From NCBI GenBank assembly GCA_003696775.1, contig RFFS01000015.1, positions 10,386 through 74,385 on the forward strand: 64,000 bases of DNA. Direction: 5' to 3'. The translations under genes and the position numbers were made by a program. Numbering within the stretch: the first letter of the stretch is position 1; each line of letters begins with the position of its first letter. This DNA is from Calditrichota bacterium. GTDB taxonomy: Bacteria > Calditrichota > Calditrichia > Calditrichales > J004. Below, in pieces: positions 62,601 to 64,000 of this stretch. A model generated the notes under the pieces. That model worked only from the letters and a program-made list of their open reading frames with translations, did not search any database and had not been told where the DNA came from.

Positions 62601-64000
62601 GCGGCCCGTACCGGAAGGCATCCCCGGCGAATTATATCTCTCCGGCATCAATGTGGCGCGCGGGTATTTGCATCAACCGGCCCTGACCGCCGAACGCTTC
62701 CTGCCCGATCCGTTCAGTAAAACACCCGGCCAACGCATGTACCGCACCGGCGACCGTGCCCGTTGGCGGATGGACGGTCAACTGGAATTTTTAGGTCGGG
62801 TGGACACCCAGCTCAAAGTACGCGGTTTCCGTATAGAGCCGGGTGAAATAGAAGCCCGCCTACGCGCCCAAAAAGAAATTCGCGACGCTGTGGTGACCGT
62901 CAGGAACAACGCACTGGCCGCCTATATCATCTGGCGGGAACAGGTCGATCCGGCGGCTATCAAACACCGTCTGCAGTCGGAACTACCGGATTATATGGTA
63001 CCCGCGCTCTGGGTATCCCTGGAACACATCCCCCTCACCCCCAACGGCAAAGTGGATTACCGCGCTTTACCCGATCCGGATCAGGAAACCGCTACCGCGC
63101 CCACGGAACATGTGGCGCCACGCACAGCCATGGAAAGCACCATTGCCGAAATCTGGGAAAACGTACTGGGACGCACCAACATCGGCGTGCGTGATAACTT
63201 TTTTGACCTCGGCGGGCATTCCCTGTTAGCCATGCAATTATTGAACGCCCTGGAAAAACATTTTGAAAAAGACATCACGCTGGTGGAATTCTTTAAAGAA
63301 CCCACCATCGAACATCTCGGACGTCTGCTTTCCGGGGAAGCCGAAAGCGCAAGTGGCGTGCAACTGCAACTGCTGGCAAAAGGCGACACGGCCCGGCCGG
63401 CACTCTTTTTCGTTCACCCGTCCGGAGGCGCCGTGCACCATTATCAGGAACTGGCCAACCGCATGGAAAGCGGGCGCCGCTTTTTCGGCATTCAGGCCCA
63501 GGGTCTGGATGGCAAAATGCCCTTACACAAAACCATTGAGGAAATGGCCGAAGCCTATATCGACGCCATGAAAAAAGAACAGCCGGAAGGACCGTATCTG
63601 ATCGGCAGTTGGTCCCTGGGTGTGATCATATCCTATGAAATGGCCCGTCAATTGCGTGCCCGTGGCGAAGAAGTGGCCTTGTTGTTGCAGTTTGATCAGG
63701 GCCCCTTTGTGCAACATAAAAGTCCGGAAGATACGGCCGAAATGCTGACCGAAATGTTCAAGCGTTATTTTAAAGTGGATACGGACGCGTTACGCCGTTT
63801 ACCCGAGGCCGAACAGTTTAAAACCGTTCTGAAAAAAGCAAAAAAAGTAAAAGTAGTGCCACGTTATGTACGGGTCGCCGATTTTCGGCGTTACATCACC
63901 GTAAACGAAACTCAGATACAGGCCTGGCTGAAATACAAACACAAACCTTATCCGGGCACGGTTCATCTGTTCCGTTCAGAGGAAAATAAGGATAAGCGGG
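50623..64000 (+). CDS. NRPS, four modules plus thioesterase, 3'-truncated by the window edge: (C-A-T)x4-TE, predicted Orn-Asn-Tyr-Tyr
   Basis: Not in the ORF track. Hand translation from ATG 50623 gives MAEYEITEEQSYSFPTSFAQQRLWFLDQFEPGSPFYN... The track lists no + strand ORF in this phase after 50392, consistent with one frame open to 63999. Four sets of C (HHIISDGWS, HHIISDDWS, HHIISDGWS, HHIISDGWS), A (YTSGTTGKAKGV, YTSGSTGRPKGT, YTSGSTGLPKGT, YTSGSTGRPKGT) and T (FFDLGGHSL, FFELGGHSL, FFEIGGHSL, FFDLGGHSL) motifs, then a TE (LFFVHPSGG, LIGSWSLG). Confidence 0.9.
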   Translation, partial: MAEYEITEEQSYSFPTSFAQQRLWFLDQFEPGSPFYNIPTAVRIIGKLDIPALQDTIDEIVYRHESLRTTFDKVDDEPVQVIHADMVCPLEIVDLRALPADEREAEAQRMATNEARTPFDLKTGPLFRSKLIRLKDDEAIMLVTMHHIISDGWSIGVFMREVALIYDAFSKDRDVPLPDLPIQYADFSKWQRDWLQGEVLEKQMRFWKETLGPVPPVLELPTDKPRPAIQSNRGANYHHRIPRALYDQLVAHARQQGVTPFMALLGIFYLLLHRYSGQDDICVGTPIANRTQAETEGLIGFFVNTLVLRAQIKDGISFNQLLQEIRQHTLQAYAHQDVPFEMLVEALQPERSMSHSPLFQVMFILQNATGDGHAMQNVSAADTIRMEQIEVDAGTSTFDITVSLAEQNTHLLASVEYCTDLFEKETMARFIQHYENLIRAALSQPDVPVFRLPVLNQQEQKVILQDWNNGPVHYEWRRCMHHLVSEHARQTPEAVAVAIDGRHLTYGALERRANQLARRLIKEGVQPETAVGICLEKSHDLMIAVLAVLKAGGGYVPMDPDYPPERLAYMIGDAQTPVLLTHTSLLERLPQSPARPICLDHEAAALDALPDTDPQVAVAPDNLAYMIYTSGTTGKAKGVCIAHQSWVNSYFAWESAYELKTRCRSHLQMANFSFDVFAGDTIRALASGGKLTLIPRDTLLNAEKLYAEMLREQVTIAEFVPAVLRNLTAYLDSIGKDLSFMRCLIAGSDAWYVGEYRQFLEYGGADTRLINSFGLTEAAIDSTYFEAAQLDLPADRHVPIGKPFSNMQVYIVDRYLNPQPIGVPGEICVGGAGVARGYHHRPELTAEKFIPDPFSGQPGARLYRTGDKGKFLPDGNIEFMGRIDFQVKLRGFRIELGEIESNLSRHPNINHAVVIVREDTPGDKRLVAYYTTEDDQSLEITVLKRFLLEKLPDYMIPNAFVRLDSIPLTPNGKVDRKALPVPGDKDYGASQEYVAPRNATEEKLAAVYCKVLSLDKVGIFNNFFDLGGHSLLATQLVSRVREAFDMDIPLRNVFEYPTVAALAEHIEIAQRGATTVQAPPILAVSRQQKLPLSFAQQRLWFLEELEPGTSNYNIPESIRVRGDLDPDILERCLNTIIRRHENLRTNFISRNGEPVLIIHKERTIKLERFDLRDRPREEREAEALQRAADFARTVFNLSEGPLLRVGIIHMDTREYILLTTIHHIISDDWSSQVFMREIGILYEAFLRDEASPLPPLPIQYADFAHWQQTWLSGEVLREQIDFWRQLLAHSSDVLELPTDRPRPKTPTQRGDYLTFRFSTEESERINTFTRDHNVTPFMLLLSIFQTLLYRYSGQESFNIGTPIANRNRAEIEPLIGFFVNTLVLPARFENRPTFLHVLEQTRDTSLNAFAHQDVPFEKIVDALQPERSMSHTPLFQVMFALQNAGTPAGNNPDAAFVLEPVEAHSGMSKFDLTLFMIEQDKQWAGAFEFATDLFDKETVERMAAHFRALTNALINHPHVSVDEVRFIDDEEQDKLLRGFNSLAKPVLKHAHVIALLEEQAARHADRPFIRQGDLVISYGAFNREVNRWARYLNQQGIGAGQRVALCFQRRPEMLSAMFAVLKSGAAWVPIDPSYPVERIRYIVQDADVALILCHDATRALFETLVPDDKMCNMSRVDVTPFADSNPQIEIDPRQVAYMIYTSGSTGRPKGTLIPHAGLMHYLNWTAIGYPLEQGNGSLLHATIAFDATITAVYTPLIHAQCLTLAGEEEGLEALSRALLTYRDFSIVKITPAHLELLTHQIPPEKAAGLTRAFVIGGENLTADQISFWQRHAPETHLYNEYGPTETVVGCVVFDARDYKGSGSVPIGRSIPNSPVYVLDNRMQPVPMGVPGELYIGGAGVSHGYHNRPDLTAERFLPDPFSAQPGARMYKTGDIVRYGNDGRMVFLGRVDDQVKIRGYRIEPGEIEAVLAAQPQVKDAVVVVHTSAGGDKRLTAYWVPADEKAAWSDIQAALKAALPEYMIPAYQVALEEIPLTANGKVDRKSLPAPRMERESLSRPYEAPQGETETLLAAIWQELLGVEKIGRDDNFFELGGHSLLATRLMARLRESLDKEVPLRLLFEAPTLRELAGLIDSGAHLQQADWPPLRPMERPDPVPLSFSQQRLWFLDQLNPGSAQYNIPMAVIWHGPLDEEALRRTIGHIVQRHEALRTTFDADQGKPFVVIHEQLEPDIQFSDLRNLPEADRERQARRLTRENALRPFNLQQGPLLRLHIARLDDQRYLLALTMHHIISDGWSANVLMREVQELYTAYHGKRTPDLPPLPIQFTDYAIWQRSWLKDERLEEQLDYWRRKIGMNPPYLEMPTDFERPAMQTFNGAVMEYTFSVETLHKLEGLARQNNHTLFMIMMAAWNALLFKYSGQELFLVGTPTANRRFRETEPLIGFFVNTLALRADLDADTPFHKVVEQVKQNLLEAQARQDVPFEMIVDALVSTRDMSRSPLFQVMFAYQNNRQTVSGGQDEAIHITPFESDEPVAKFDLSLSVIEHDNGVSAQLEYNTDLYRESTARRLLDHYAFLLQQIAAHPQKPVGAYPLVDLSEETSLHALMRGARHPYPDHTTIHRWFEETVRQYPDREALRYNGRGLTFDALNRRANRFARHLIKKGVRPEQLIGISLERSPEMVVALLAVLKAGGVYVPIDPAYPAERIRYIFEDAGITMLLTTQSVWPLIKNALSRIEIKETVLLDGPVPEESETNPDSPVLPGNLAYMIYTSGSTGLPKGTMVQHQSLCNLTRFQIKDFQLEAGKRCLQFASFSFDASVSEIFTTLISGATLILADKDALLPGQGLENLLRDEAVTTVTLPPSVSALLDPEMFPGLETLVSAGEALPPETARLWHTGRRLINAYGPTENTVCATRHVVTRAPQGSTVPIGVPINNVDVYVLDAYLNPTPPGVPGELYLSGASLARGYHKRPGLTAERFLPDPFSTQPGARMYKTGDRVRRNNDGVLEFLGRVDDQVKLRGFRIEPGEIAHVLRQYPGIKDALVLVRNDMLIAYYIPTEENAPKTNTLRDHMKERLPAYMQPGAYQALSVFPLTPNGKVDTRALPVPDHSDADAGRPYVAPRNEDEAAMHAIWCALLKREKISIHDNFFEIGGHSLLATQLISRVRDHFQTEADVRLLFEAPTISAFTLRVLHNAAATAGNTLPLVPVDRSRELPLSFAQQRLWFLDQLAPDQAFYNIPASLRHRGKINLKAFRQTVEALIMRHESLRTTFSARDGRPYQIIHPAPLSEVDVIDLRHIEAENREDEAQRLVDEEANEPFDLELGPLFRSRVIILAPDDHIVLFTMHHIISDGWSVGILVREFTVLYEHFAHNSPNILPPLPIQYADYAAWQRAWLKDDVLQRQIDYWKNRLGMNPPPLQLPLDFPRPAVQTFNGDSILYTVDPEIMEALNIYSREQGVTLFMTLLTAFQALLHFYSAQETILVGSPIANRTRSETEALIGFFVNTLVFRADIDRKLSFDQLLSETRRHTLSAYAHQDLPFEQLVEILQPERDMSHSPIFQVMFVMQNTPSGEVDMKDSRIRPIEARQKIAKYDLSCVAMESTQGLLIDFEFNTDLFRPATIRAMQHHFDMLLRQIIERHARPLSSYHLVSPEARERVLQHGMGTVHPEPGQPLIQHLFEQTVLRYPEQTAVVFNDQSITFRELNMRANRLARYLRDQGVKAEQRVAISVPRSLEMVIGLLAIIKAGGVYVPVDPDYPEERVRYILEDAGSPWLLTTSALRARHDNLSVQALLLDEPLPAEYTQQTDNPQPVNTPDHLAYIIYTSGSTGRPKGTMLHHRGLCNLTLRQIEDFELTPQSRCLQFASFSFDASVSEIFTTLISGAALYLMSREVQTSMSKLAGLLRDARITTVTLPPSVLSLLREEPLPDMHTVVSAGEALAPDLAAHWSAKCRLINAYGPTENTVCASRYVVPPDEKASATVPIGQALGNGRLYVLDEQMRPVPEGIPGELYLSGINVARGYLHQPALTAERFLPDPFSKTPGQRMYRTGDRARWRMDGQLEFLGRVDTQLKVRGFRIEPGEIEARLRAQKEIRDAVVTVRNNALAAYIIWREQVDPAAIKHRLQSELPDYMVPALWVSLEHIPLTPNGKVDYRALPDPDQETATAPTEHVAPRTAMESTIAEIWENVLGRTNIGVRDNFFDLGGHSLLAMQLLNALEKHFEKDITLVEFFKEPTIEHLGRLLSGEAESASGVQLQLLAKGDTARPALFFVHPSGGAVHHYQELANRMESGRRFFGIQAQGLDGKMPLHKTIEEMAEAYIDAMKKEQPEGPYLIGSWSLGVIISYEMARQLRARGEEVALLLQFDQGPFVQHKSPEDTAEMLTEMFKRYFKVDTDALRRLPEAEQFKTVLKKAKKVKVVPRYVRVADFRRYITVNETQIQAWLKYKHKPYPGTVHLFRSEENKDKR
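52131..53563 (+). other. Adenylation domain, Orn code DVGEIGSIDK
   Basis: Hand translation: ANFSFDVFAGD (D,V,G), IAEFVPA (E), LIAGSD (I,G), NSFGLTEAAID (S,I,D). Identical to the Stachelhaus Orn code DVGEIGSIDK. Confidence 0.7.
55348..56757 (+). other. Adenylation domain, Asn code DATKVGEVGK
   Basis: Hand translation: ATIAFDATITA, SIVKITPAHL, AFVIGGENL, NEYGPTETVVGC. Confidence 0.7.
58540..59922 (+). other. Adenylation domain, Tyr code DASTVAAVCK
   Basis: Hand translation: FSFDASVSE, TVTLPPS, LVSAGE, NAYGPTENTVC. Identical to the Stachelhaus Tyr code. Confidence 0.7.
61698..63072 (+). other. Adenylation domain, Tyr code DASTVAAVCK
   Basis: Hand translation: FSFDASVSE, TVTLPPS, VVSAGE, NAYGPTENTVC. 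Confidence 0.7.
63390..64000 (+). other. Thioesterase domain (truncated at the window edge)
   Basis: PALFFVHPSGGAVHHYQELA, nucleophile elbow LIGSWSLG (Ser codon 63613..63615). The frame is still open at 63999. Confidence 0.75.

Overview
The whole 64-kb window is one co-directional (+ strand) hybrid fatty-acyl-AMP ligase / PKS / NRPS assembly line. I found no rRNA, tRNA, CRISPR or transposase signal. Nine tightly packed genes encode a lipo-initiation unit (FAAL-ACP), 2 PKS modules, 14 NRPS modules, 2 epimerisation domains and a terminal thioesterase that runs off the 3' edge.

The last gene (50623..>64000, about 4459 codons, (C-A-T)x4-TE) is absent from the supplied ORF track because it has no stop codon inside the window. 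I found it by reading the frame directly.

A-domain specificity codes were hand-aligned to GrsA-PheA numbering. With colinearity they predict: acyl(+C2, fully reduced)-Tyr-(C2, beta-OH; a Tyr-statine-like unit)-[basic-like?]-Ser-D-Ser-Ser-Phe-Ser-D-Asn-[?]-Phe-Orn-Asn-Tyr-Tyr.

The most unusual element is a CurM/olefin-synthase-like sulfotransferase (ST) domain inserted in cis between the T domain of a Ser module and the next C domain (about 23269..24115). A paralogous stand-alone sulfotransferase gene follows immediately (28769..29722). This suggests sulfonation of carrier-bound serine, giving either a retained sulfate ester or a leaving group.

Most gene junctions are 5-38 nt or overlap. Two junctions instead carry homologous AT-rich cassettes of about 230 nt, each with three roughly 50-nt imperfect palindromes (16243..16448 and 50402..50598). 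These look like Rho-independent terminators only when read on the antisense strand.

Limits: all domain calls rest on hallmark motifs recognised by eye. Domain boundaries are approximate (tens of nt). No database or HMM search was run, and the taxon cannot be assigned.
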